Source: Octopus vulgaris (Eukaryota). Taken from it: a stretch of DNA of 64,000 nucleotides. Positions 27,101 to 41,398 of the stretch are shown here, one piece after another. The DNA lies in assembly GCA_951406725.2 (NCBI GenBank), contig OX597820.1, positions 100,564,001 through 100,628,000 of the forward strand, read 5' to 3'. The notes under the pieces were generated by a model that was not told the DNA's origin, did not search any database, and saw only the letters and a program-made list of their open reading frames with translations. Made by a program: the position numbers and the translations under genes. Every line of letters begins with the position of its first letter. Position 1 is the first letter of the stretch.

Positions 27101-30100
27101 AAGATTCTTTGACAGAAAACTGACAACAGCAACAACACTTGTAACTTGTGACTTTTGTAGAGCACAAAAGTAAACTAACACACAGACATAGACACACACA
27201 CACACACATCTATATTTAATGAACAAAATATAAAAAGGAAAAACAAGAAGAACAAAACAATTTATTGAAACTTATGAACCTTACCTCATCATCATTCTGT
27301 AACATTTCCAAGATAAAGGTAGCTAATGTCGTTATTGTACCCAGAAAGACATTGGTACAAGACAGTGCAACAAATGCTGTACTTGGAATGTCAAAGAAGC
27401 GAGCAAATGGGTACATCATAGGAATTATAGCCCATCTAAAAGGAAAAAAATAGACAAATTTTATTTTGTCTGTGTGCGCGCGCGTGTGTGTGTGTATAAA
27501 CCAAAGCCTTAATAAGTAGGAAGGCAGACAAACCACAAATCCCTTCAGGTAGATAGCTCTGCTCGATCTGTAGAAAAGGCGTAGGTAGAAACTCCATAAG
27601 ATGTACCCAGTGTAAGCTATGGACACATAAGAGGTGCAGCAATATCAAAGGAAGGCTAAATGGGAGAATAGTTTTTGCGTGTGGCAAATGCTCAGGAGCA
27701 ATAAACACTGAAAAGGTGCAGAAAACAGCTTTCATCACATTCCAGGGGGAAAAACTAGTAGCTGATTGCTTCCATTACCTAGGTGACCAAGTCAGTAGCT
27801 GGGGTGGATGCTCTGAAAGTGTAGCTGCTAGAAAAAGAATAGCCCGGGTGAAGTTCAGGGAGCTCCTACCTCTGCTGGTGACAAAGGGCCTCTCGCTCAG
27901 AGTAAAAGGTAGACTGTATGACGCATGTGTGCAAACAGCCAAGCTACATGGCAGTGAAACATGGGCTGTGACTGCTGAGGACAAACAAGGACAGACAAAG
28001 GGATTAAGTCGATTATATCAACCCCAGTGCATACCTGGTACTTATTTAATCGACCCCAAAAGGATGAAAGGCAAAGTTGACCTCGGCGGAATTTGAACTC
28101 AGAACGTAAAGACAGACGAAATATCGCTAAGCATTTCTCCCAGCGTGCTAACGTTTCTACCAGCTCGCTGCCTTCATTGCGATACTGGTTTCCGTCAAGT
28201 GATTTTTTCATGTTGGGGAACAGATGATAATTGGATGGAACCAAATCAGGAGAATAGGGAGGGGGATCAACTAGTTCAAAGTCACAGTCACATTGAACAA
28301 TTCATTAGCAATAAAACCACCAAGTTGTTTAATTTTAGAAGAATTTTGATCTGAAATTATATGCTGAAACTAGTATTATTGTATTCGGGAAGAGTCATCA
28401 TTGATAAAGACTATGAACTTACTAACCAGTTGTTGTTTGCTTATATTTCACTTTACTTTCTCTTCCAAGGCAGAATACTTGCTTATGTCATAAAAATATT
28501 TCGCCCTACACTGATCTGTTGCTTTCTCAATTATTGCTCTAGCAAAAATATTTTTGGGGATATAAACAAACACCAACTGGCTGTGTAGTTAAGAAACTCA
28601 CTTTGCAGCCATGTGGTTTCAGGTTCAGTCCCACTGCATGACATCTTGGTCTTAGCAGATTGGGAAAAGAGGCCGATAGAATAACTACCACACTAAAAAA
28701 AAAGTACTGGGGTCAATTTAATTAATCCTTCAAGGCAGTGCCCCAGCATGACCACAGTTCAATGACTGAAACAGGTAAAAGATAAAAGCTAAAGAAACAA
28801 AGAACTGTAAGTGTGTTTATAGACTTTGTTAGTCATGACATTTCCAACAAAAAAAAAAACTTGTAAAAATTACTCTGAGATTCAGTGATTTTACAGAGAA
28901 TTTGAAAAATACTTTATCATATAATCAATGGTTACAACGTCTCTAATATGTCTGAATAAAAAACTAAAAAAACTTACCCATAGAGAAACAACAAAGCAAT
29001 CAAACATGGTAAATTGGTAGATGAAACATATGCTTGCTGATCAAAAGCCAGAAATATCAGAATGCAGAGGAGAGCAGGAATACAATAGTTTATCTGAGGA
29101 AAAGAAATATTTACTTATTTCATTAATTGAATGATTCATTTTAACTTTGTCATTTAAAATATTAAAACTAGAGATATTTAACACAGTAAATATATTTATA
29201 CATATGTGTATACACACAAACACAAAGGCACACAGATTGAGCTGCTGTCACAAAGTAAAAAGTACCCAGGACATTCTGCAAAGTAGCTGGTGTTAGAAAT
29301 GGCATTAGGCCATAGAAATCATGCCAAAGCAGACATTAGAACATGACATAGTCCTTGGACTTGCCAGATCCTGTCGAACTGTACCAACCCATGCAAGTAT
29401 GGATGATGATGGCTATCATGATTTATATATACGAAGAAGAGGTGTAAATAGATGCAGGTGTGGTTATGTGGTTGAGAAGTTCACTTCCCAATACTATGGT
29501 CTTTAGGTTCAGCCCCACTACATGACATTTTGGGCAAAAGTTTTCTATCAGACATTGTGAGATGCAAGCATTTTGGAGTGGTTATCACCTCTTCAGTTAC
29601 AGAAACCAAATGGTTTGAATTTGTAAACAAGCCATTCACTGTGTTTTGTCATGGAGAAGCTTTCTCACTGCTGACAAATGGTGGAATTTAAACTTGCTAC
29701 CGACATATTTGAATTGGTAATAGCATTGCATTTATACACATCAGTGCTCAGTACTCTCCACATGAGATTCTAAGGTCCAGTTTTGTCACACTGTATATAT
29801 ATAATGTATAAAAATATATAAATTATATTCTAACTAGTAAAAGAAAATGTAAGATAATAAAATTAATACTGACCAAATCCCAAGTGATTGCTGCAAGCCA
29901 ATAGATTTTATGATTGGTGCCACAAACCATCTGTAAATGTTTAGCATTAGTTTTACGTTCTTCAATCAGAAATAGTGTAAAGCTGGCTGGGACAAATGAT
30001 AATGCAAATAGCACACCAATAGCAATAAGAACATCAATCACACTGGCAACTCTGAATAAAAAAAAAAAATGAAATAAAGAAATATAGTCTTTATGATAAC

Positions 30101-32279
30101 ATATCAACATATCTTATAATAATTCTACTTGTCACTCCGTTACTTAGCCCATCTGTAACGCTTCCACATGATTAGTTGAAGGGGGAGTGGGGAACTGGAT
30201 AGGGGGGAGTGAAGGGGAGGGAGAGGAGGTGGTGGTGAGTGAAATGTGTATTGATTTTTTTGAGTTAAGTTTTCTTCCTCTGTTACTTAGCCCGTCCGCA
30301 AGGCCTTCACATGATTAGCTGAAGAGAAAGGCGAAGAGTGAAAGAAAAAAGAGAGAGAAAAAGAGGGTCAGGCGAAGAGTGAGATAGAAAGAAGGAGAGT
30401 GTTGTGTATTAAGTCTATAAAATTGTGTAAAAAGTATATATATAAAGAGCATTAAGTAATCCTCATATTCCAATTTCCTTCACTTTTCAATGATTAGCAG
30501 ATGAACAAATATCTTTTGATACAGACACAACAGAAGCTATGCTTTTAGGCTATCTGGATAAAGTTTTCAGAAATAACCCAATAGGTTTACCATTAATTCC
30601 GTGAAATATTCATAGGTCCTGCTAGTGATTATTATTATTATTACAATAACTACTACTAGAGAGACCCATGGAAATTCCACAGAATGAAAAAGAGTAAGAG
30701 AATCTATTTAAGTAAGAAAGGATGGTTTGCATTTTATTTTTATTATGCTAAGTTATTTCACTTCCAGTCACAATAATATATTATATGATTTCAAAACTTC
30801 CCTCTACTAAGCACTTTATATTTCTTTCTTTCTCTCTACACCATCAACAAACTTTTTAACCATGCAATTCCCCCTCTTCAGGTCTTTAACATTTCTCTCT
30901 TTCTCTTCACCTCTCAGTTCTACTAATCAAATGAGTGACAGCATAATGCATCACTCATTGTTATTGTGGTGAGCTGGCAGAAACGTTAGCATGCTGGGAA
31001 ATATGCTTAGTGGCATTTTTTCATCCCTCTTTATGCTCTGAGTTCGAATTCTGCTGAGGTCGGCTTTGCCCTTCATCCTTTCGGGGTCGATGTAATCTAT
31101 TATCCCCTTCCTACCCAAAATTTCAGGCACTGAGCCTATAATAGAAAGGATCATTATTATTATTATTATTATTATTAATAGTAGTAGCAGTATTAGTATA
31201 ATAATTATTATTATTATAAAAGGCAGTGAGTTGGCAGAATCACTAACAAGCCAGACAAAATGAATCATCAGCATGCTGGGCAAAATACTTAGTGGCATTT
31301 CGTCTGTCTATATGTTCTGAGTTCAAATTCTGCTGAGGTCAACTTTGCCTTTCATCCTTTCAAGGTCACTAAAATAAGTACCAGTTGCAAACTGAGGTTG
31401 AAGTAATTGACTATTCCCCTCCCCCAAATTTCCAGCTTTTTGTCTACAGTAGAAAGGATTATTATCATTATCATCGTCATTGTTATTATAATTTTCATTA
31501 TTATTATTATTTAGGTGGCAAGCTGGCAGAATTGTTAGCTTGCTGGGAAAAGTGCTATACGGTATTTCTCCTGGCTTTACATGCTGAGTTCAAATTCTAT
31601 CAACGTTGACTTGCTTTCCAGCCCTTTCAGGGTCAATAAAATAAGTAACAATTGAGCATTGGGGTTGATGTAATTAACTTAGCCCCTCCCTTGAAATTGC
31701 TGGCTTTGTGCCAAAATTCGAAATAATAATAATAATTATTATTATTATTGCTATTATCATTATTTGTTTCTTGGCTATGAAGTTAAGAAGTTCACTTTAT
31801 GGGTTCAATTACACTGCATGGCACTTTGGACAACTGTCTTCTACTATGGTCTTGGGCAGACAACAAATGCCTTGTGATTGAAATTGGGCAGATGGAAACT
31901 ATATGTAAGCCCAACACACACACACATTTAATTTGAGGTTAAAATAGCCTCATTAAGGAATAAAAATATCCAATGTATTACTGGTTCATTAACTAGTAAT
32001 TATCGCAAATAGCGATATTCATAATATAACAGATCTAAGTATAAATCTTGGTTTCTAGATATTCAAAATAAAATTCAGAAAATGGAGATGTAACATTAAT
32101 ATAATCTATTAACTGCAAAAATCCAACATATTCTCTTACAGCTGTTTCAATTTTGCCCAAAGATTAAATAACAATAATTAAATCATTGTATTGGGCAAAA
32201 TTTCATCAGAGGAGTAGAAAAGACATACCGTTAGGTTATTAGATATTATATTATGTTATATTTACAAATCACCTCAACA

Positions 32280-32327
<48 letters not shown>

Positions 32328-35300
32328 GCACATAAAAAACACCATCCGAGCGTGGCCGTCTGCCAGCCTCGTCTGGCACCTGTGTCGGTGGCACATAAAA
32401 TCACCCATCACCCACTACACTCTCGGAGTGGTTGGCGTTAGGAAGGGCATCCAGCTGTAGAAACACTGCCGATCTGACTGGCCTGTTGCAGCCTTCGGGC
32501 TTGCAAGACCCCAGTTGAACCGTCCAACCCATGCTAGCATGGAAAGCGGACGTTAAACGATAATGATGATGATGATGATGATATATATATATATATATCA
32601 TCATTATCATTTAACGTACGTTTTCCATGCTGGCATGGGCTGGACAGTTTGAATGAAAACTGGCAAGCTGGGGAGCTACACCAGGTTTCATGTTGTGTCC
32701 TTGAGCATGATACTTCACTTCCCATTCTTCCAATCTACTGAGCTGAAAATGGGTACTAGCCAAATGCTGGTGCAGTTCTCTCTTCCTCCAGCTGTCACAT
32801 CCTGATTATGCCATAGGATCAAAATATGGGAGAGTTGAGATGATGTCTATGTGAGCTCACAACTACATAGGCACCTTAATCCTTCAGCATTCAGATTACA
32901 CTGTCAAATGTAATGCTTATTTATTCACATTGTTTTGAATTTATCATGCATTATCTTGTAGCTTCAAGGTATTGATGATGTGATTGTTTATTTTTAGAAC
33001 GATATTGTAGGGTAGGTGGGAGATGCCAGATCTAGCTGGTTTGAACATAAAACAATTAGAATATCTGAGCTGAATAAGGCCAGTTTAAATGCTAAAGGGT
33101 GAAACTATTAACAAAAATATGGTATATGTCACCAAGTCATAACCATTCACTGAGTGATGGCTGGTCCTTAAAAGTGGTGGTGGATGATGGAAGTAGAAGG
33201 AGAAGGAATTGGAGAATGTGGAAGGTGCAGAAGAGAATGTGGAAGAGAGGAAGAAAAGGAGGAGGAGGAGGAGGTGGTGGATAATGACAGAAATAATACT
33301 TACACATTCTCCTCAGTCAGTTGTTTTTTGGTCAAAGCCATTGGATGATTAATTGTTGTAATGCCATAATTTTGCATCTTTGCTCCAGGTGGTAAGGAAC
33401 TTCTTAGGACAATATTATTCATTATATTTACATAAATAGGAGCTGATGCCCAACCTTTGTTATTGAACCAGACCTGAGAAAAGAAAAGAAGAAAATCATA
33501 CTGAGATAATTTTTCAAAATAATTACGATGATAGATAAATGAACATCACACAACAAGTGTTTCTTTGTTTCTTTTGGAAATAAACGAAATTTAGTTTCTT
33601 TTTATCTAGCCATTAGAAATATGTGCCTCATCTTTCTTGGAGAAGTGACTTCTTATGGAACTAATATCAGCTTCAAAGTTTAACCATTTTGATACCATCA
33701 CACAATACCACCCTTGGTCCTGTGATATAAAAACTTCTTGTTTTAAAGTGATTTAACATTTAGATTACTTTGTCGAGGAATGCGAAGATGCAGGCTCGAA
33801 AGCAGAGCTTTTTCTGATTGAAGTTGGATGTAGAGGATTTGTTGGACACAGTGTGAGGTGACTATTGTTATTGTTAGGCCTAACTCATCATAAAGTAAAT
33901 ACCACCACGAGTGATATCCAAAGTACAGTGGAAAAGGCAAGCCACTGGATTTGGTTAAAAAGAGACGATGAGCAATGGCTACAAGAGTATAGTGCAAAAC
34001 TTGGTAACCAGTTGACCTAGCAAGCAGGGCCTCATTTCAGTGAGAAGTGCCAGTGCACAATGATGCCATCAAGAAGTAGTCTTTGAAATGGCAAATATTC
34101 TCTCTTGATGACCCCATAAACTTGCTAGCATCCAGTATGCAGAGCTTTCAACTGGTAACACTTGCATCTGCAAGTTGTTTGCAAAATATCTATATTCATA
34201 TTGTTTTGAATTAATCGTGCCTAATCTTGTAGCTGTGGGATTTTGATGACTTTTTAGAATGACATTGTAGGCAGTAGATGTGAGAAGGTGGATCTGGCCA
34301 CTTTGAACATGAATATTTGGGCCAGAAACGACTGGTTTAAATGGTAAAAGGTTACATTAAAATCTTCCATTAAAACTTCATGTTAATTTATGTTCCAAAC
34401 ACCGTCTTGATAATGACAAAGTTATTTCATTAAATCCTTTATTATTTTCAAAATTAATTGAAATGAAGTTAGGGTATTTCAATAGAAATTTGATAAAATC
34501 TTATAAAATTGAAATTAAGTGTGAGTTTTATGGAAGCCAATTGTTGTAGTTTAGTCACTGATCAACCTATAATCAAGAGAGTTCCATCCATGACTATTCC
34601 ATATTATTTCTTGACAATGTGTGTGTAGGACAACTGATTAACTACACACTTCAGGATGATGACGATAAATATGTGGTAAACATTGCACTTCAGTTAAATG
34701 TTGAAAGCAAGTGACTGTATGGAAGATCAAGCAAACAGTAGCTGGTTAGATTAGCCAAGGGCATTTGCTCTGCAAGTGTGGACTGTAAAGAGGCTTTGGA
34801 TCGTGCAAAATGGCTAACAAAATTCTAAATTGTAGGAACATATGAACCAAATGCTAAGACAGAGAGAGAGATACTAGCACTCAACTATCAGGATGCTTCT
34901 ATAGTACAACTGAAGCATTAAAATATCTCAAAAAATCTCCTACCTTAGCAACATTCTTTGTGATTAATCCTTCTAATAAGCTTTCAACACTTTTCCAGAT
35001 TGTGTCATTTGTTGCAAAGTTGCTGGATGAGTTACGGGCAAGTCTGTCTATAAAACTTGTAATCTCGGATTTATTCAGTGATTTTAAAGAATTCACTTCA
35101 CCGAAACTGAAGCCACCATAACTATAAAGAAGAGAGGACACATTAATGATGGATGATGGTGATGATGATGATGATGATGATGATAATAATAATCCTTTCT
35201 ACATCAGGCACAAGGCCTGAAATTTGGGAGAGGAGGGGGGCTAGTCATTTACATTGGCCACAGTGCTAAAATTATTTTATCAACCCCCAAAGGGATGAAA

Positions 35301-38300
35301 GGCATAGTTTACTTTCCCAGAATTTGAACTCCTAATGTAAAGATGGATGAAATTCCACTAAGCATTTTGCCCAGAGTGCTAACAATTCTGCCAGCTCACT
35401 GCCTAAACAATAATAATAATAATATTAATAATAATAATAATAATAATGATGATGATGATAATAATAATAATAATAATGGTTTCAAATTTTGGCACAAGGC
35501 CAGCAATTTCAAAGGAGGGGTAAGTGGATTACATTGACACTGAAAGGATGAAAAGTAAAGTTGACTTCAGCGGAATTTGAAATCAGAACATAAAAACAGA
35601 TGAAATGCTGCTAAACATTTTGTCCATTTTGACAGATTCTGTAGCTTGTTGCCTTAATAATCCTTTCTATTGGAGGCACAAGGCCTTGAAATTTTGAAGG
35701 TGGGGACTAGTCGATTACACTGACCCCAGTATATCACTGGTACTTTAATTTATCAACCTCAGAAGGATGAAAGGCAAAGAAAGTAAAATAAATGACTAAG
35801 AAAAAAAGTGCATGGAAAACTAGCTAGAAACCTCTGCATGACAAATATGTGGCCTGTAACAAATGAGCTGTTGTTGACCAGAAGCACACCCATCAATAGC
35901 TACAAAGTTCAAGACAGGAAGTGAAGGCTTCATCTTCACTGCTCAAGATCAAAGTTTATTGACCCAGAACTACCAAGCCAAGGTGATGAAAAATGGAGTA
36001 GATCCAAAGCTCCCATTCTGTAGTGATGAGATTAAAACAGTAGACCACCTAATCTCTGAATGTAAAGCACCAGTAGAGTATAAATCAAACCATGACAGAA
36101 TTGATCAGTATCTACACAGGTTAATATGTTGGTATTATGAAATCAAAACTGCTGACAAGTGATATGGACATCACCCTGAGGCTGTAACTGAGGGAGGAAA
36201 TATAAGAATTCTTTGGGACTTTCCAGTACATACATACAGAACCATCAAATCTAATAAATTGGATATTGTTGTAAAAGGTCAAAATAATAAAGTCTGTTTA
36301 TTAATCTCATGAGTATTCCTTGTGATCATAAGATTTTGGCAAAAGAATTTGTCAAGTTCAGTAAATATAAAGATTTGCTTATAAGAAGAATAGAAAGAAA
36401 GAAGTATAGGCCACTGAATGAACCTCAGTATATTACCAGTACTTGATCACCTTTATCAAAATATAGATCCATAATTAAATGCACTATTACTACGGTGTCA
36501 TTTCTGTGATTCTACAATGGTGTAGTGAAATAACAAACCCTAGTATATTACTGAGACCATTTTATTATCCCCAACCCTTGAGGGATAGAAAGAAAAGCTG
36601 ATAGTGGTAGAAATTGAACTCAAAATGTACAGGGATGAACTAAATACTACAAAACAATTTTAGTGCAGCATTCTTCTATTTTTGATACTCCACCTTCACC
36701 ACTATGCAAACAACAAAAATAATAAAAATTATCATAATAATGGTTTCTGATGTTATGAACAGACTTTAGTATGAGTCTAGTACTCATTGTGAAAGTATTA
36801 GGGGTTGGAGCATGGAAAGCAAAGTCTGGACCCAAGCAGGATTTGAACCCAGAATGTAGAGAAATGTAAATGAATAGAGCAAGGCACATACTACTGTTCT
36901 GTTACTTCATTACTACAATAAGAACAACATCAATAATATCCATAATAATCATAATCAAAATAATATGTGAATTTTTTGTAATTAATGAAAAAAGATTTTA
37001 AGAACTCTTATCCAGAAAAAATAATTTATCAATGAAATAAGATTACATTATAACTTTTCAATCAGTTTTATCTCCAATACTTTTCAGATTTCATATTTTA
37101 AGATGTATGTACAGTAGCCAACTAGATTTGAACTAGGAACCTTTATGCCTTAAACTAAGAGAAATAATGTTTTTACACCAGGCCACTACTGCTTTTACAT
37201 ATCTTCAAGTCATTTCAGATATTTAGACAATAGATAAATAAGTAAAATCAGAAAAGGAGAAAAATGAAAAAGATCAGATGAAAATATGGTCATTAGCAGA
37301 GTTTAAATAGTTTGATAGACATGAGAAGTATGGACCAGTGAATAATATTAGATTCACTTCAAAAGACTCAGATGTCAATGTTGAAGCTAAGTATAAAAGT
37401 ATTAAATAAGTAATAAAATAGTATAAAGTAGTAGTAATGCAGTAGAAAAGTAAATGTGCTTTGAAGGCTGACAAATTACATTACAAGAATGTATTAAGAA
37501 ATAAGTATTTTCAGTACCGTTTTTTAACATATTCCATAGTTGTTTTTACAATCCAATCAGAGATATTACGTCCAGTCATGTTATACATGATATCTGTTTC
37601 AGATATAAGTTTTGAAGGGGGTTGAGGATAGGCTGGATCTACAGAGAAAATTGATTTGATAATTATTTGTAAAGTAGTCAACGTCTGAAGTGACTTACAT
37701 GAGGGGTTGCTGAAAAGTTCATGGCTTCAAGGGTATCGCAAAAGGCCTGGGGTTGGAGGTCCAACCTTCTGAGTTCTTTTACAGGGTTTAAAAAACCTGA
37801 AGGACTGCTGCAATAAGTGTGTGAATCTGAGAGGGGGAATATCATCATAATCATCATTGTTTAATGACCGTTGAATAAAATCATAATTAACTGATCGTCC
37901 TGTATTCTCTCTTACCCAAAGCCAGGAACTTTTCAGCACCCCCTTGTAAAAAATGATTGCTTTGGAGCCATTAAATGATATTAATAAAAACAATAAATCC
38001 CAGCTTGAAACTGTAATATATAACTTAACTGCAATAAAAATGTTCACCAATAAGGATTACTTGAAATCTTGGGATTTATTCAACTTTAAATTCATTCACA
38101 AATATGTGTGTTTCCCAAATCACATAAAAGGCTAACAGAATATATGAATATATGTACATTTTGCATTTTTCCTGTTATCTTTAGTTTAAAAATAATCAGC
38201 ACAATTTTTTTCTAAATTAATTTTTTAAAGAATTATCTTCTGCTCTGAATTCATGTTAATATTGGTTTCAAATTCTGATACAAGGCTAGAAATTTTGTAG

Positions 38301-41300
38301 AAGGGTCTAAGTCAGTCACATCAGCCCCAGTGCTCAACTGGTACTTATTTTATGGACCATGAAAGGATGAAAGGTAAACTCAACCTCAGTGGGTCTTGGA
38401 CTCAGAATGTAAAGATGGATGAAATTTCACCAAGAATTTTGCCCGGTGAGCAAATGCTTCTGCCAGCTTGCCAATTTAATTCATGGTTGGAATTCCAATC
38501 TTGAAATTGTGTTGTGTACCTGAGTCAGATAGATTATTTTACACTGCTCCAGCACACTCAACTGACAGAAATAAACACTAAGATTGATTGAACACCTAGT
38601 AAACAACAAGTTAGTACTAAGTATTAATAAGTCAATAGTACAATCAAAAACCTTCAGACATGAGACGGTATACATTCAGCAGTGAACTGCTATATCATAT
38701 CTTTACTTTTTAATCTTTCATATTAACAGCCTATTTCTTAGAAACAAACACATGTGCTTTACACTACATTTCACTCCTTAAATTTTCATGCAGATAGCAT
38801 TCACATGCAATTTAGACACCTGATACCATATCTGTACTCCTTCCATGAATAGAGACAAGAATATCTTCTATGTGTTAATATTTACTATAAATGTTGGTTT
38901 CAAATTTTGGCACAAGGTCAGCAATTTTGGAGGAAGGGGCTAAGTCGATTACTTATTTTATTGACCCTGAAAGGATGGAAGGCTAAGCTGACCTAGGTGA
39001 AATTTGAACTCAGAATGTTAAAGACAGATGAAATGCTGCTAAACATGTTACTCAGCATGTTAATGATTCTGCCAGCTTGCTGCCCTATTTACTATAAATA
39101 TTAATTTCAAAGTGGATAAAAAAAAAAACTATGGAGGCACATGGCCTAGTGGTTAAAGCAGCGAACTCATGGTCGAGGGATTGCGGGTTTGAATCTCAGA
39201 CTGGGCAATGTGTGTGTTTATGAGTGAAACATCTAAGCTCCATGCGACTCCGGCAGAAGGTAATGGTAAACTTCTGCTGACTCTTTCACCACAACTTTCT
39301 CTCACTCTTTCCTCCTGCCTGCATCTTGCAGCTCACCTGCAACGGACCGGCGTCCCGTCCAGGTGGGGAACCTATACACCAAAGAAACTGGCCCTTATAA
39401 GCCAGACGTGGCTCAAGAAGGAACAAACAGATAAAAAACTGTCAAACTTATGTTATTATATTCAGGTATGTCAATCCATGCCCTATATTATTATTCAGAG
39501 GTTTTCACCTCAGCTAATTTATTAATCACATGGAATGAATCTTAAGACTTTAAAAAAATATTGTTAAAAATTATACAAAATTTTAATCTTAATTGTACAC
39601 CTCTAAATTTTTATCTAGAAATAATATTTATAACATCTATCTATCACTAACTATACTGAACATTAATTATTATAAAGTGCTTACAAACCTTTAGGACAGA
39701 TCTGTACTCCGGTTTCACAAGAGCAGTTTATTAATGTGTCTGGCATAAGGTTGGAAGAAGTCCAGTGAGAAGTTTTATACTGACAAGGGTATTCACTAGA
39801 AGACAAAAAAGAAAAAAGCACAACATTATTATTTATAATATTTACACATAATTAAAACCATCGACAGTTTTATTTCAAAGATTTTTTCTACATTAAAATA
39901 GAGAGGATAGTTCAAAAACATTTAGGTATTATCATTTACTGCTGTAATAAATATCCTTCATAACCAACCCTAATACTGGAAATGGAAGTGACATGTGTAG
40001 GGTGAGGCAAATAAAGAAATATACCCAGGACACATGCCTGAGAATTCAATACTTCAGCAGTAATAAAGAAATTCTGGGGGGGAAAAAAAAATGGTGACTA
40101 TGCAATGATTGAAACTTCTCATATTAATAGTAAACTGCAATTTTTTTTATTGCCTACCTGAGTTTTAAAAAACAAAACAAAACAAAACAAAACTAAAAAG
40201 AAACACAAACAAACAGAGAAGCATGTTAAGCAATTTCATTGAGATAGCTTCAAATCGAAAAAGAAAATGTGATGCCTCTGAGTACAATACTAAAATTATA
40301 TTCTGGCTTTCATAAAATAATAGAAAAATCTTTTATTCTTTTATAACAAGAAACAACTTTCTTTGAAGTCCTGCTGCCAAAGGATAAATTCAAAAATATG
40401 TATTTAAATGTGTAAACATTTTTCTCTCCAATTCAAAATTATATCACATAAAGAAAACAAAAAATTAAAAATGAAATAATATTAAAAAGAATATTTTTCA
40501 AATTTTCCATTTTTAATAAGCTAAATGGTGAAAGCTGGTATTAAGATGAAAACAATACTTAAATCAAAACATCTAATTTTCAAATTTTAAAACATTTAAA
40601 GCAAAAGGTATGAAGGAAGAAATGTTTATTATTTTCAGAACACATTTACAAAACTATAAATAGATACAGCATGTACATTCTGTAAGTAGTAAGAAATTCT
40701 GGCATTCACTGAGACAAATTTTATTTGATTTCAAATGATTTTTGGCTTGAATATTCCTTATGTGTGTAAAAATAAGTACGTATATAAATAAATGCTTTAT
40801 TTCTTTGAGATATAAGAGATGCTAAATTAATCAAAGGTAGAGAGCACTAAATTGAAAGACATGAACTGTTAAAAATAAAAGTGACAAGAAGGCTTTTGCA
40901 TGCATCTACATATACTTAAATGTGCACAGAAGCACAGACAGACTGCTTATAAAGAAACTAATCGTATGAAAAATCCAACAAACCACCTATATGAACCTAC
41001 ACAACTGCCACCATATAGGCATACACACAAATACACATCTCCAAAAAAATAAACGCACCAACAAAAGTTTGGAGATGATGAGACTGACCTGGAGTACTAA
41101 GAGCATGTCACTGGTAAGGTCATAAACAGTGATGGTGGGACTAACAAATACGCTGATCGATAGAACGACGAATCAAGCAATAAATTGGTTAACTAGTTGA
41201 CTAATAATAACAGAAAGAAGTAAAATAGAAGCAATGCATGTGTTTCACACACACACATACAAATACATGCAAACACACACACACATATATAGACATATGT

Positions 41301-41322
41301 ATATATATGTGTATGTGTGTTT

Positions 41323-41398
<76 letters not shown>

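Noticed and set aside
41072-41158. C/D-box snoRNA-like pattern (ATGATGA...CTGA) on the plus strand
   Set aside because: It is antisense to the host gene, has a minimal terminal stem, and I recognised no rRNA-complementary guide
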